This document shows, in pieces, positions 63,811 to 64,000 of a DNA stretch of 64,000 nt (position 1 is its first letter; every line of letters begins with the position of its first letter). Below the pieces are notes generated by a model that worked only from the letters and a program-made list of their open reading frames with translations, was not told where the DNA came from and did not search any database. The DNA lies in NCBI RefSeq assembly GCF_001194135.2, contig NC_068996.1:53189297-53253296 (forward strand), read 5' to 3'. This stretch comes from Octopus bimaculoides. Lineage: Eukaryota. The translations under genes and the position numbers were made by a program.

Positions 63811-64000
63811 GATATGTTATCTTGAAATGATGACAGTGGAATATACATATATTTTTTAATATCTTTTTCTGGTGAGTTCTTTAGTCTGTTCATAACATTA
63901 AATGCTTTAGCATTTAAACTGGCCATATCCAGCCTCTCACACCTAGCGTACAATGTCATTGTAGGTACAAGAGGATGAATGTGAGAGGAATGTAGTGTGG

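Overview
AT-rich, repeat-dense animal genomic DNA with 7 assembly gaps. It is most likely a coleoid cephalopod (Octopus-like), inferred from the SINE/RTE repertoire and mollusc-like proteins. There are two spliced + strand genes: the last three coding exons of a phosphoenolpyruvate phosphomutase (C-P bond-forming enzyme; 10787-15555, earlier exons apparently upstream of the window) and a complete 10-exon SMARCB1/SNF5 gene (35465-53504, 372 aa, last intron GC-AG). The rest is mostly RTE and CR1 LINE fragments, three tRNA-derived SINE families, mariner elements, MITEs and microsatellites. The main unannotated signals are: (i) several minimal type I hammerhead ribozyme motifs with palindromic stem III inside inverted-arm elements next to (TA)n tracts (Penelope/retrozyme-like), one in sense orientation in SMARCB1 intron 1; (ii) telomeric repeats fused with the same polarity to the 5' truncation points of two different retroelements; (iii) a C4HC3 PHD finger inserted within the RT domain of the RTE LINE. 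All structures were read by eye; no database searches or folding programs were run.
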